From the IMG/VR virus record IMGVR_UViG_3300045988_064576: a DNA stretch of 57,626 nucleotides, one strand, 5' to 3'. This document shows positions 7,943 to 17,484 of this stretch, in pieces. A model generated the notes under the pieces. It did not search any database. It had not been told where the DNA came from and saw only the letters and a program-made list of their open reading frames with translations. The position numbers and the translations under genes were made by a program. Within the stretch, counting starts at the first letter, position 1. Every line of letters begins with the position of its first letter. Source of the DNA: a virus.

Positions 7943-8695
7943 CTACCTCAATCTGTAATTGCCACTTTCTTTGAACTCGACCACATAACCCTTAGACATC
8001 TCAATGATTCTGCTCCCAAGAGCTTCATCAACCGAAAGCAAATCCTTCGGATATTTCTCTGTTGAAACGATCATAGGCAACCGCTTCAAGTATCTGTGAT
8101 TGATAAGCTCGTACATAATGTTGATATCGCTTTCTGTGATTTTTCCCTTGAACAGATCGTCAATAAACAGAACGCTCACATTCTTCATGCGGTTTATCTC
8201 TTCTGAATACTCCACATTGTCTGTAATATTCTGTTTCAAGCGTGTAATTGCATCCCGGTAACTTACATACTGAACAGGTGTGCCATTCTTGATAAGCTGG
8301 TTAGCAACGCAAAAGCCTAACATTGTCTTACCCCTTCCCGGAAGTCCTGTAAGTAATAAACTGTTATTTTTCTGATATCGTTGCATCGGTAAATCCTTGC
8401 AATACTTAGCAGCGGTTGCTTTCGCAATCTGTAATTCCGGTTCACTAAACGTCTGGAAATCATTAAATCGAACATTCACATCTTCCGCATCAATGCCACT
8501 TGCTTTCATCAATCTGCGATATACTGTTTGCGCCATGCAATCACAATCTCTTGCTACCGACCTACCATCTGCATCCTTAACGATTACAATGTGTGTGTCT
8601 TTGCATATGGGGCATTTATAATCCGGCTTGAAATTCCTGTTTGCGCTTTCTACTCGCATCCTTCGTAGTTCATCAACCATTCCCATCTGATTCAC
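7943..8695 (-). CDS. DnaC/IstB-like AAA+ helicase loader
   Basis: Walker A GLPGRGKT; Walker B VLFIDDL; N-terminal CPICKD..CDC zinc motif. Confidence 0.8.
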   Translation of the reverse strand: MNQMGMVDELRRMRVESANRNFKPDYKCPICKDTHIVIVKDADGRSVARDCDCMAQTVYRRLMKASGIDAEDVNVRFNDFQTFSEPELQIAKATAAKYCKDLPMQRYQKNNSLLLTGLPGRGKTMLGFCVANQLIKNGTPVQYVSYRDAITRLKQNITDNVEYSEEINRMKNVSVLFIDDLFKGKITESDINIMYELINHRYLKRLPMIVSTEKYPKDLLSVDEALGSRIIEMSKGYVVEFKESGNYRLR

Positions 8696-8993
8696 ACTCC
8701 CTTATAATTTCTACCGCCCTGATGAGTCCATCAGAAAATGTATTTTCATTTTTGCAAATGGCGTGTTCGTCGGCGTATTTGTCGAAGTTTTCACAAGATG
8801 CATCTGATTCTTCGTTAAGTCGGTCAATTAAGCGGTCCGTATTAAATGCAGTAGGTACTTTATGTGCCATTATATCCTGCAAATCTGCGTTATATTCAAG
8901 TATTGACCACTCGCTAGGTGCTCCCTTGTCAATCTGTTTTTTGAAATATTCTCTGATAGCCTTTTCAACGTCTCCAATATCAACTAATCTCAT
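8673..8993 (-). CDS. Hypothetical protein, paralogue of the next gene
   Basis: MRLVDIGDVEKAIREYF compared with MRLIDVADLEKFIREN in 8990-9259. Confidence 0.5.
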   Translation of the reverse strand: MRLVDIGDVEKAIREYFKKQIDKGAPSEWSILEYNADLQDIMAHKVPTAFNTDRLIDRLNEESDASCENFDKYADEHAICKNENTFSDGLIRAVEIIRECESDGNG

Positions 8994-9259
8994 TCTTTAC
9001 CACCACCCTTTATGATCTCGATTGCATCATCCAAATTAACTACAAGCTCTCCGCCCATGCCGTCATTCCCGAACCGTTCGTATGATACTTTCTTTAAACG
9101 CTCTACAACCTTATCTACGTCATAGGAGGTCTTTACGAGCGGTAATGCTTCGTGCCACCTACCGTCATTCCCTGCGACTAACAATAAATGGTCATCTCCT
9201 ATGACACATACATTCTCGCGTATGAATTTTTCAAGGTCTGCTACATCAATCAATCTCAT
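8990..9259 (-). CDS. Hypothetical protein, paralogue of the previous gene
   Basis: ORF track 89 aa; ATGA-type overlap with neighbours. Confidence 0.5.
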   Translation of the reverse strand: MRLIDVADLEKFIRENVCVIGDDHLLLVAGNDGRWHEALPLVKTSYDVDKVVERLKKVSYERFGNDGMGGELVVNLDDAIEIIKGGGKE

Positions 9260-9534
9260 TCTTCATCACTCCAATCTAACTTCTGTCCGCACTGGTGGCA
9301 GTACTTTAAATCGCTTCTAACTATTCTTCTTTCGCATACTGGGCATAACCATAATGCTGTACAACCTAAATTTGCAATATATAGCGGTTTCTTAGGAATT
9401 TGCTTTTCAAGTGCTTGTATTGCCATTCCATAAGCATTTTCAAAAGAACATCCCCATGAAGTATCACAAGGGATTGCCTTACCAAGTTCATTGCAGTCAT
9501 ATTTTAGTTCTTCGATAGCTTCACTCTCTGTCAT
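9256..9534 (-). CDS. Hypothetical protein with C-terminal zinc ribbon
   Basis: Start ATG 9534 (MTESEAIEEL); CPVC..CHQC. Confidence 0.5.
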   Translation of the reverse strand: MTESEAIEELKYDCNELGKAIPCDTSWGCSFENAYGMAIQALEKQIPKKPLYIANLGCTALWLCPVCERRIVRSDLKYCHQCGQKLDWSDEE

Positions 9535-9535
9535 A

Positions 9536-9700
9536 TTATCCCTCACTTTCTTCTTCTTCCGCATTGCCTACTGCAAGTGCTAAAAATTCGTCAAATTCAT
9601 CTGTTGTAATATCCCAACTGTCGCACCAATCGTACAAGGATATTCTTTGGCACTCTTTTTTAAGTGCATATGCTATTGTTTCTGCTGTTGATTTCTTCAT
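9536..9700 (-). CDS. Hypothetical protein (54 aa)
   Basis: Unlisted ORF MKKSTAETIAYALKKECQ..., abutting both neighbours. Confidence 0.4.
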   Translation of the reverse strand: MKKSTAETIAYALKKECQRISLYDWCDSWDITTDEFDEFLALAVGNAEEEESEG

Positions 9701-9889
9701 CTAATTTTCCTCGCTTTCTTCAATACAAAAATTCCAAAACCACTGAAATGCTTTAAGAATTTGTTCTTTAGTCGTTCCATTGTGTGTTGGCATTTCTAAG
9801 AACATTTTTAATGCTTCAATTTTTTCATCTTCTGAATATTTTTCAGAATTTATGTTATGAACTATTGCACAAGCAACTCCTATATTCAT
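9701..9889 (-). CDS. Hypothetical protein
   Basis: ORF track 62 aa. Confidence 0.4.
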   Translation of the reverse strand: MNIGVACAIVHNINSEKYSEDEKIEALKMFLEMPTHNGTTKEQILKAFQWFWNFCIEESEEN

Positions 9890-9951
9890 TTAATTTCCCT
9901 CACTTTCTGGTTTATCACACACCTCAAACTTGATAACCCATACCCACGGAT

Positions 9952-10386
9952 TTATTCAATACTCCTCTCTAATAACTCCATATTATCAAATGTATTTCCA
10001 ATAATCTCCATACAATCCACATAATCGTAAATGTGTTCTTCTTCGTAAGTTCCATCTTCGAGTAACACGTTAAAATAAAATCCTGCTTCATCTTCATTCC
10101 AACCAATGTAGCCACAGCATTCTTCAGCCAGACAATTTACAATATCATTTTCCCATATCAGCTTGCCGTTCTTATCCTTCAAGCCTGTGCATTGGCAGAT
10201 TGTGGATGGGTCTATTTCGCTCCACCCGTCTGTTTCGCTACTAGAATAAAATATCGTGGTAGGTTCAAATATTAGATGAACTTCTTTGCCGTACATATCT
10301 AAACCTTTTACATACTGTCCTGTAACCCATTCTCCATTGTCAATTCTCTTCGCTTTAAATAAATATCTATCTTCCATTTTCTTCAC
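9952..10386 (-). CDS. YopX-family protein
   Basis: ICQCTGLKDKNGKLIWENDIV, a motif typical of YopX (from memory). Confidence 0.65.
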   Translation of the reverse strand: MKKMEDRYLFKAKRIDNGEWVTGQYVKGLDMYGKEVHLIFEPTTIFYSSSETDGWSEIDPSTICQCTGLKDKNGKLIWENDIVNCLAEECCGYIGWNEDEAGFYFNVLLEDGTYEEEHIYDYVDCMEIIGNTFDNMELLERSIE

Positions 10387-10774
10387 CTCTCAATTCTTTC
10401 AGTTTTGCTTCTGCTTCGGATTTTGTAAGGAATACTGTTTTACCAATATTCTCTAGAAAATAACAACTCTCACCCATGTCATCATCATTGATAGCATCAA
10501 TTCTTATGACTGTTCTGTCTTTATGAAGCTGCTTAATATATAGCTGCAAAACACGCATCATAATAACCGGCTTTTTTGCTCCTTTATTTACCCGGTACAA
10601 AGTATCTCCCACTTTACAAGGTAGAATAACAAGTCTGCACTGTTCCTCCAAGTCCTCATATTCGCCCAATTTATCTATCAGCAAATTCTTATAGTCGTAA
10701 CTGTTTTCTCCACACGGTAAACTATCAAAAGCACCATGTGTTCCATCTGAATAAGTCTTGGTTAATCTACTCAT
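10367..10774 (-). CDS. Hypothetical protein
   Basis: ORF track 135 aa. Confidence 0.5.
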   Translation of the reverse strand: MSRLTKTYSDGTHGAFDSLPCGENSYDYKNLLIDKLGEYEDLEEQCRLVILPCKVGDTLYRVNKGAKKPVIMMRVLQLYIKQLHKDRTVIRIDAINDDDMGESCYFLENIGKTVFLTKSEAEAKLKELRGEENGR

Positions 10775-10786
10775 TTTTTTCTCCTT

Positions 10787-11590
10787 TCACTCTCCAAACA
10801 TTTTATTTATTTCTTCGTCGCTCATAATTGGCACGCTCTGTCTCTGCCGTTCTGCAAGCGAATCTAACTGCATATCGGTTACGGATTTAGGCTTTGCATC
10901 TTCGGATATATGTCTGCTTCCATAATCATTTTTAAGTCCATATACATCCGACCAGCAATGATCTACCGACTGATTCAAAATCTTAATTGCCAACTTAGTA
11001 TCTCCACCAGACAATCTTTCAATCTTATTTTTCATACGTGTAAGTGCCTGCTTCGTAGCAATCGGCTTTTTAATCTTCTTGCGCATATCCAAAAATTCAG
11101 CGAATGCAGAATTAAGATCGGGATCATCATAATGTTTCGTTTTTGCCCCTATATTATTCTTATATTCTTTACTTCTTTTATTCTTTACTTCTTTTATAAT
11201 AGGAAGGTTCGTTATCTGTTCGTTATCTGATTGCATTTTGATTGCATCGGTGCTTGTGATTTCATCGCATTTTTGCTTGTTATCTGATTGATACAAATTG
11301 TAGTTTTTTATAGTAAATACGCTATATTTACTATGTGATTTGCTTGTGATTTCGCCTGTGCTTTTAAGGTGCTTTAGCGCGTTGCGAACTTCATTGTCTG
11401 TTAAGCCTGTTTCAGATGCCAATTTTGATATGGAAGATGGAAAAGAACCACGCTCGATCAGTTCGCCTTTGTAGTACCCATCTTTCCAATATGCAGACAC
11501 AAGCATGAAGAAAAACAATCTAAATGTGTTGAAATCATCCCACCATTCCCATTCAAGAATCTTCCGATCTATCTTTACAAAGTTTCCCAT
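10787..11590 (-). CDS. Phage replisome organiser / DnaD-like replication protein
   Basis: Start ATG 11590 after GAGGAG; MGNFVKIDRKILEWEWWDD..FRLFFFML N-terminal winged-helix-type motif; C-terminal DnaD-like region. Confidence 0.65.
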   Translation of the reverse strand: MGNFVKIDRKILEWEWWDDFNTFRLFFFMLVSAYWKDGYYKGELIERGSFPSSISKLASETGLTDNEVRNALKHLKSTGEITSKSHSKYSVFTIKNYNLYQSDNKQKCDEITSTDAIKMQSDNEQITNLPIIKEVKNKRSKEYKNNIGAKTKHYDDPDLNSAFAEFLDMRKKIKKPIATKQALTRMKNKIERLSGGDTKLAIKILNQSVDHCWSDVYGLKNDYGSRHISEDAKPKSVTDMQLDSLAERQRQSVPIMSDEEINKMFGE

Positions 11591-11597
11591 AAAATCA

Positions 11598-11903
11598 TCA
11601 CTCCTCAAAGATTGCAATTCCATGTTTCAATGCGTAAAGGTGTTCTTCACATGCACAGGGGCTATTCTGCCATCCCTTTAACATGTAAATAGCAAAGCAC
11701 ATAGACAACATGCATATAGACATCTTCATATATTCTTCATGCGTCGTATCTTCCGGCATATTAGAATTTACTTTTGCTGGGTTGATTACACTGTATTCTG
11801 CATTTGCTCCATTTAAGCGTTTCTCAGCTTCTTCAAAGCGTTCCATGTAGTCTGTAGTTCCCGTGATCGGACCGCTAATATAAATCCTAATTTTCTTAAC
11901 CAT
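11598..11903 (-). CDS. DUF4406 / nucleoside 2-deoxyribosyltransferase-like protein
   Basis: IYISGPITG...NP...GWQNS pattern. Confidence 0.55.
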   Translation of the reverse strand: MVKKIRIYISGPITGTTDYMERFEEAEKRLNGANAEYSVINPAKVNSNMPEDTTHEEYMKMSICMLSMCFAIYMLKGWQNSPCACEEHLYALKHGIAIFEE

Positions 11904-12213
11904 TGTCTTTCAACTCCTTTGCAATTTTGAGAAGATCATCGCGCGTAAGATTCTTACATTCTCCAGCGTAATATCCACATTGTTTATCTACCGCTTTGAT
12001 AAAATCATCAATCGCTTTATCGTAAATATCTTCAACAGTATTTACGTCGTATGCATCACATAATGCCTGATGCTGTTCTCTGTATGCTTTTAATTCTTCC
12101 AGCCATTCTGCAAGCTGTTCATTCTTCTTAGCAAATTCTAAATCCAAATCGACACGATTGTTCTCTGCATCGTCTTTAAAATCTTTTATCGCTTCATCAA
12201 TTGTCATTATCAT
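11896..12213 (-). CDS. Hypothetical acidic protein
   Basis: ORF track 105 aa. Confidence 0.5.
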   Translation of the reverse strand: MIMTIDEAIKDFKDDAENNRVDLDLEFAKKNEQLAEWLEELKAYREQHQALCDAYDVNTVEDIYDKAIDDFIKAVDKQCGYYAGECKNLTRDDLLKIAKELKDNG

Positions 12214-12216
12214 TGA

Positions 12217-12453
12217 CTATATACCTCCTTCCCACGCTTTAAGCATTGATTTCTTGCTATCTATCGAATTCTCGTTGTAATAGCATCCAAGTTCCCAATA
12301 ATACTGATTCTCCGGCGTGTAAATCGTAACCTGTGACATATAATCACGTATCATAGCCATAGCCTTATCTTTCCGCTTCTTGTCAAGGAAGATAATCGGT
12401 CGTATTCCGTAACGCTTCTTATATGATTTTTTCCACTTTCTGTGATTCATCAC
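12217..12453 (-). CDS. Hypothetical basic protein
   Basis: ORF track 78 aa. Confidence 0.4.
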   Translation of the reverse strand: MMNHRKWKKSYKKRYGIRPIIFLDKKRKDKAMAMIRDYMSQVTIYTPENQYYWELGCYYNENSIDSKKSMLKAWEGGI

Positions 12454-12718
12454 TCTTCATCCTTTCAATACATCTATTCTGTTTCTGACATACATAATTC
12501 TGAATCTCACTATCGGATACTTCGTAAACCTGTTTCAGAATATCCATGCAAATCATAACGTCAGCCATCTCTTCAATTAGATTGTTTCTGTTGTCCTTGC
12601 CACGCTTCATTTTGCTAATTGCCTGTATAAGCTCCGAACACTCTTCCACAGTAGTCAGCAAATCGAAGCCATAATGTTTAATGCTATTCTGCACTACATT
12701 TGAATCAATAATAATCAC
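12419..12718 (-). CDS. MazG-like nucleotide pyrophosphohydrolase
   Basis: EECSELIQAISK...EEMADVMICMDIL. Start reassigned to GTG 12718, which overlaps the upstream TGA (GTGA). Confidence 0.55.
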   Translation of the reverse strand: MIIIDSNVVQNSIKHYGFDLLTTVEECSELIQAISKMKRGKDNRNNLIEEMADVMICMDILKQVYEVSDSEIQNYVCQKQNRCIERMKSDESQKVEKII

Positions 12719-13119
12719 TTTAATCTCACATCCTTTTTGTTCATGCGGATTGAATACTCCAATCCGCACTCTTCCTTCAATATTGATATCTGATCGTTCC
12801 AATCGGTATAGTTTTCTCCGATGCATTCCGCCTTGAAATTAAACCGCTTCTTAAATCGGTTTAAACGCTCTCTACCAAATCCAAATTCATCATGCAGTGT
12901 TACAGATGCAAGGATCAGAATCGTGTCAAGCATCATGTTCTTGGCGTTGTCTGTAAACTCCTGCAATGCCTTATCATCAATCCGTACAGGTATGTTATAT
13001 GCTCCACGCTTTTTTAAATCGGATTCTAAGGCATCTAAGCCATGTTCCCTTGCGTATCTAAGTGCATAGGACATTCCCTCACGTCTCGCTTGCTCTTCTT
13101 TGCTTTTGCTCATTTTCAA
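12715..13119 (-). CDS. Hypothetical protein
   Basis: ORF track 134 aa. Confidence 0.5.
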   Translation of the reverse strand: MKMSKSKEEQARREGMSYALRYAREHGLDALESDLKKRGAYNIPVRIDDKALQEFTDNAKNMMLDTILILASVTLHDEFGFGRERLNRFKKRFNFKAECIGENYTDWNDQISILKEECGLEYSIRMNKKDVRLK

Positions 13120-13127
13120 TCACACTC

Positions 13128-13349
13128 CTAATTTTCTTTGTGACGATTTCTCTTGTACCGCTCATATTGTTCCTTATGCATATCTTTTATAGAATTATGC
13201 ACAAACTTCTGCTGTCGAATACTATCTTTAAGTTCCTCATGTGCATCTGTATATGCCTTATATCTGTCACATATACCATGGCAACCAATATGCCTATCAG
13301 AACAACCCATGCACGGTGCTGTTGGTTTTACCATATACAATCTCCTCAT
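13128..13349 (-). CDS. Hypothetical Cys/His-rich protein
   Basis: Start ATG 13349 (ATGA overlap with the methyltransferase stop); CMGCSDRHIGCHGICDRY. Confidence 0.45.
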   Translation of the reverse strand: MRRLYMVKPTAPCMGCSDRHIGCHGICDRYKAYTDAHEELKDSIRQQKFVHNSIKDMHKEQYERYKRNRHKEN

Positions 13350-14884
13350 GCAAATTTCATTTGTCCTGTTTCTTCCTGTTGCATCCTCATGTTTGGCATA
13401 CGCTTCGATATGCATAAATCGGGCAAATTAGCCTTTACAAGTGCAGCCGGTATCGGTGGGCATACTGCATTACCGCATCTTCTCACCTGTTCGCTTCGTG
13501 GATATGTCTTGCCGGTGTAATCATGGTCGATAATATAATCTTCCGGGAAGCCTTGACATCCATATAACTCTCGTGGCTCCAACATTCGAAGTCCAATATC
13601 CACAATTTGGTAATCAACACCCTCAATCGTTACAAGGCCAAATCTATCCTTTGTGGTAACCGTGTCTAATGGTTGTTCAATGTCCTGTCCGGTAGCATCA
13701 CCATAGTATTTGATCAGAAATGCCCGGACTTCTCCAAAATGCCCATCGCCAGCTGTAATTGTAGGAATCGGCTCGCTTACATCTCTTCCATCGCAATGAT
13801 TGTTCATCTGAATAAGGTTTACTGCACACATAGCGTTTCTTTCAAGCGTGGTGATCGTGTGCAATGGTTCTTTAATATCTGAACCGTTTCCTTGATAATT
13901 CCCTCCGTAATATTTTTGGATAAACGATGTAACCAATCCATATCTGTTAGAACCATCCACCGTCATTATAGGGTCTTTAATCGTTTGCCCGCGGACTTCG
14001 TCCTTAGAAGTTTCTGAATGGTACTGAATCAAAGTAGGGCTAATCAAATATTTACTAGCAATATTCTGCCCGACAATGAATGGCTTTGGGTTATCCAATA
14101 CAAATTTCTTTAGCCCTCTTGCAATCCGTTCCATCGTTTTTGGTTTCAATGGTCGTACCGCCCTGATACCATACTTTTCCTTTATTTCTTCGGAAGTATC
14201 GAAAATGCTGGGGCAAGGTCTACCGAAATCAATTTGCGTGTATGCTCCGACATAAGGTTTAAGCAATCCAGCCTTTACTTCCTTGCTGTCCGCCGGCGCA
14301 TGTGTGGGTTCCGGCCATATGATTGATTTTCCATCGCATCTTGCAATCATAAAAAATCTTTTTCGCATAGTCGGTGCCCCATAGTCAGCTGCAACAAGTT
14401 CTTTGAATTGTACTTCATACCCTAACTCTTCAAGCTGTCTTACAAACCGTTCAAAGGTCTTGCCCTGCTTGTCCTTGATTGGGTGGTGACCTCTATTTAA
14501 TGGCCCCCAAGTTTTAAACTCTTCTACATTTTCAAGCATGATTACCCTTGGTCGAACAAGTCCAGCCCATCTACACGCAACCCATGCCAAACCGCGAATA
14601 AACTTGTCCTTGGGTTTGCCACCCTTTGCCTTGCTGAAATGTTTGCAGTCCGGAGAAAACCAGGCAAGTCCTACCGGATGTCCTTTGCATGCTTCTACAG
14701 GGTCAACTTGCCACACATCCTCACAATAATGTTTTGTTCTTGGATGATTTGCTTTGTGCATTTTTATAGCTTCCGGGTCGTGATTGATTGCAATGTCTAC
14801 GCTATACCCCGTCGCCATTTCTATTCCGGTGGAAGCTCCGCCACCGCCAGCAAAATTATCTACAATCAGTTCTCCGTTTATCAT
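13346..14884 (-). CDS. DNA cytosine-C5 methyltransferase with enlarged, internally repeated target-recognition region
   Basis: Motifs FAGGGG, SPDCKHFS, ENV, RKRFFMIA and GNAVCPP. Start ATG 14884 after AGGAGG. Confidence 0.9.
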   Translation of the reverse strand: MINGELIVDNFAGGGGASTGIEMATGYSVDIAINHDPEAIKMHKANHPRTKHYCEDVWQVDPVEACKGHPVGLAWFSPDCKHFSKAKGGKPKDKFIRGLAWVACRWAGLVRPRVIMLENVEEFKTWGPLNRGHHPIKDKQGKTFERFVRQLEELGYEVQFKELVAADYGAPTMRKRFFMIARCDGKSIIWPEPTHAPADSKEVKAGLLKPYVGAYTQIDFGRPCPSIFDTSEEIKEKYGIRAVRPLKPKTMERIARGLKKFVLDNPKPFIVGQNIASKYLISPTLIQYHSETSKDEVRGQTIKDPIMTVDGSNRYGLVTSFIQKYYGGNYQGNGSDIKEPLHTITTLERNAMCAVNLIQMNNHCDGRDVSEPIPTITAGDGHFGEVRAFLIKYYGDATGQDIEQPLDTVTTKDRFGLVTIEGVDYQIVDIGLRMLEPRELYGCQGFPEDYIIDHDYTGKTYPRSEQVRRCGNAVCPPIPAALVKANLPDLCISKRMPNMRMQQEETGQMKFA

Positions 14885-14894
14885 TTTGTGCCTC

Positions 14895-15740
14895 CTAATA
14901 CATAAAATCATCAATGCTCATCTGCGTTTCAGCCGGAAAAGCAAGCATCTCATTCTTTGCTCGTTCATAAAAGTTTCTGTTAATCTCAAATCCGTAAGCA
15001 CTTCTACCAAGTTCTGCGGCGGCTCTAAGCGTGCTACCACTTCCACAACAAGGGTCGATAACCACGTCGCCCTCATCCGTAAAAATCTCAATCAGTTTCT
15101 TAATGACTGCAACAGGTTTTTGTGTTGGGTGAATCTTCGGTATGTCTTTACCGTCTTTCTCCCATGTGAACCAATTAAATACCATGCGACCCGTCCCTCT
15201 GATATTCTTTCCGTTTTCGTCCTGCTTGCAACCATTTCTGAATTTTGGAAGTTTATCACGATAAAGCACAAGTGCATATTCCGTAGCCCCTACGATACGC
15301 ATATTTGCTTTTAGTACCTGTGGACTGTAATTCTTAACAAACACTAAAGGTATGTAATTTACAAATCCGTGCTTCTTTGCCGCCGCAATCAATGTCTGCA
15401 ACTGCTCAAATGAGCAAAACACGATCATGCACGGGCTATTACTACTTCTTCCTCTTGAAATCGGCTTAGAATCTTCTTTTTTCAACATCTTTGAACAGAA
15501 ATGGAAGTATTCATAAAGGTTGAAGTTAAAATCAGAATTAAAAGCCGCCTTTTTCGCAAGTTTGCTCTCTCCGTTCTTGTTGTCTCCGCCGTTATACCAC
15601 ATAGGGTTACTTCCATAGAAGTTAGTTCCTACATTGTAAGGGACATCAGCTATGATAAGTTGTGCTGGAGGTATTGCGTATTTCTTGTAATTCTGCATAG
15701 AATCACGATATATCTCACATTTAATCTTCTTTTTATACAT
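14895..15740 (-). CDS. N6-adenine/N4-cytosine DNA methyltransferase (beta class)
   Basis: IADVPYNV (DPPY-type) N-terminal to VIDPCCGSGSTLRAA (AdoMet motif). Confidence 0.85.
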   Translation of the reverse strand: MYKKKIKCEIYRDSMQNYKKYAIPPAQLIIADVPYNVGTNFYGSNPMWYNGGDNKNGESKLAKKAAFNSDFNFNLYEYFHFCSKMLKKEDSKPISRGRSSNSPCMIVFCSFEQLQTLIAAAKKHGFVNYIPLVFVKNYSPQVLKANMRIVGATEYALVLYRDKLPKFRNGCKQDENGKNIRGTGRMVFNWFTWEKDGKDIPKIHPTQKPVAVIKKLIEIFTDEGDVVIDPCCGSGSTLRAAAELGRSAYGFEINRNFYERAKNEMLAFPAETQMSIDDFMY

Positions 15741-15772
15741 TCTAAATCTACCAAAAGGAAACCTAGGTTTTA

Positions 15773-15782
15773 TGTCCGGACA
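15773..15782. promoter_or_regulatory. Palindrome TGTCCGGACA, copy 3 of 3
   Basis: Minus-sense context AAGGTTGTCCGGACATAAAACCTAGGTTTCC, about 35 nt upstream of ATG 15740. Confidence 0.5.
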
Positions 15783-15808
15783 ACCTTATTCTTTTCTTTG
15801 ATTTTTAG

Positions 15809-16045
15809 TTAGTGCATACCCATACTTCCAAAATCATTTAATGGGTAATCGTGTTTGTGGTCGTTTGCAAATACTTTAATTAAGCACTCTCCCGATTCTT
15901 GACAAAACTCGCATTCTTTACATCTGAATATCAAATCTTTCTGCCTGTCGGTCTCTGCGCAATTCATGCACCAATTTTTAGTAAAAATATCAAGTCCGTG
16001 TATCGCTTCTGTTATGTTATCTTCGTTTTCTCTTGTTAAATTCAC
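15809..16045 (-). CDS. Hypothetical Cys-rich protein
   Basis: ORF track 78 aa; CMNC..CKECEFC. Confidence 0.45.
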   Translation of the reverse strand: MNLTRENEDNITEAIHGLDIFTKNWCMNCAETDRQKDLIFRCKECEFCQESGECLIKVFANDHKHDYPLNDFGSMGMH

Positions 16046-16638
16046 TCTGAATCACCCGCTTTCAATAAATCCATAAACTTCTCATACTGCTTCTGCGATA
16101 CCTTGTTATGCTCTTTTTCTGGCTTTAATCGGATTATAAGGTGTTTTTCTGCAATGTTGGATAATTCCCTTGCAAGGTTCTTTTTACCTTGCTGTATGCC
16201 TTGCATATAGCCCTTAGGTGCCTTTCTATCGCCTATTGAACCGCTGGCACGATTTTCTCCTTGACCGCCTAAACTGACATTTCTAAGCTGATAACCTTTA
16301 TCGGCGTATAATCGTATATACTTCTTTTCTGCTTCGTCAAGCTGTGAAGTCGGAAGATTCATAAATTCAACTCGCCAACCATAAGGGTTCTTCTCTGCAT
16401 CGTACAATCCATGCGATCTGATGCTTAAATCTATGTGTTGCTGATAACCAGATAAATGGCTTGCCAATCTACTGATTATGTGTACCGCCTGTCCGATGTA
16501 AGCAAACTTGAATCCGTTTTCATCCTCTCTAAGTAGGAAATATATACCACTCTTGTCATTCAACTTAGGATTTACTTTGAGAAGTCGTTCTTTGTTCTTC
16601 TTCTCAATCGCATACACCTGTCTTAAATTCGTAGCCAC
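16042..16638 (-). CDS. GIY-YIG domain nuclease
   Basis: GIYFLL...FAYIGQA near the N-terminus. Confidence 0.6.
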   Translation of the reverse strand: MATNLRQVYAIEKKNKERLLKVNPKLNDKSGIYFLLREDENGFKFAYIGQAVHIISRLASHLSGYQQHIDLSIRSHGLYDAEKNPYGWRVEFMNLPTSQLDEAEKKYIRLYADKGYQLRNVSLGGQGENRASGSIGDRKAPKGYMQGIQQGKKNLARELSNIAEKHLIIRLKPEKEHNKVSQKQYEKFMDLLKAGDSE

Positions 16639-16977
16639 CTATGCATCACACTCCTTTAAGTCGCTTGCTATCTGGTCTAAATCAGATACAATCTGCGCGA
16701 AGCAATCTGTTGGATTCTCACTCACAAGGTCTTTAATCGCCTGTACAACGTCGTCAACGCCTTGATTGTACTGATTCTGTTCGTCAGTATTTGCAATCTC
16801 GCTTTCTTCTCGATATCTAATAATGTAGTCACAGGTGCCATCCGTATACATTCTCATGGGTTTTACATCGCAAAACTTTTTAATTTCTCTAAATGATTCA
16901 AAAGAAAAGATTCCTCGATATATAAAACTTGACGGATATACGGCTTTTGCGCCTGCAATAATTCCATCTGAAATCAT
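16639..16977 (-). CDS. Hypothetical protein
   Basis: ORF track 112 aa. Confidence 0.45.
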   Translation of the reverse strand: MISDGIIAGAKAVYPSSFIYRGIFSFESFREIKKFCDVKPMRMYTDGTCDYIIRYREESEIANTDEQNQYNQGVDDVVQAIKDLVSENPTDCFAQIVSDLDQIASDLKECDA

Positions 16978-17020
16978 TTTTCACTCTCCTTTATCCCTAC
17001 CGCCCACCACTTATCAACTC

Positions 17021-17467
17021 CTACTTAAATGGAAGGTCATTACCTGTCAACCCTGTCGGGATATCCATAAATACGCCTGCGCTTGCATTACCAGGCATAG
17101 GAACAGGTTCATCCTGTGTGTTTCCACCTTGCGATGATCTACTCTCGCAAAATTCGTGTTCCTCGACAACAACCTCTGTTGTATAAACCTTGTTGCCATC
17201 TTTATTTGTGCAGCTGCCTGTCTGAATACGACCTGTAATCGCAATCTTTGTACCCTGCTTCAAATACTTTTCAGCAAATTCTCCGTTCTTTCCAAATGCA
17301 ACACAGTTTATAAAGTCTGCCGTCTGCTCATTTCCAGAATTGTCTCTTCTCTGAAATCTACGATCAACTGCAAGTGTATATCTTGCGATTGCCAACGGTT
17401 CTGATGCCTGTGTGTATCTGATTTCCGGGTCACGGGTCAATCGACCCATCAAAATTACTTTGTTCAT
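17021..17467 (-). CDS. ssb: Single-stranded DNA-binding protein
   Basis: MNKVILMGRLTRDPEIRYT OB-fold start; acidic C-terminal tip NDLPF; start ATG 17467 after GGAGGT. Confidence 0.9.
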   Translation of the reverse strand: MNKVILMGRLTRDPEIRYTQASEPLAIARYTLAVDRRFQRRDNSGNEQTADFINCVAFGKNGEFAEKYLKQGTKIAITGRIQTGSCTNKDGNKVYTTEVVVEEHEFCESRSSQGGNTQDEPVPMPGNASAGVFMDIPTGLTGNDLPFK

Positions 17468-17484
17468 GTTTAATACCTCCATCT

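Noticed and set aside
8708-8730. CTGATGAG..CATCAG on the plus strand as a possible second hammerhead
   Set aside because: No GAAA, stem III or UH elements are nearby. It lies antisense inside a coding region and is just a short palindrome.
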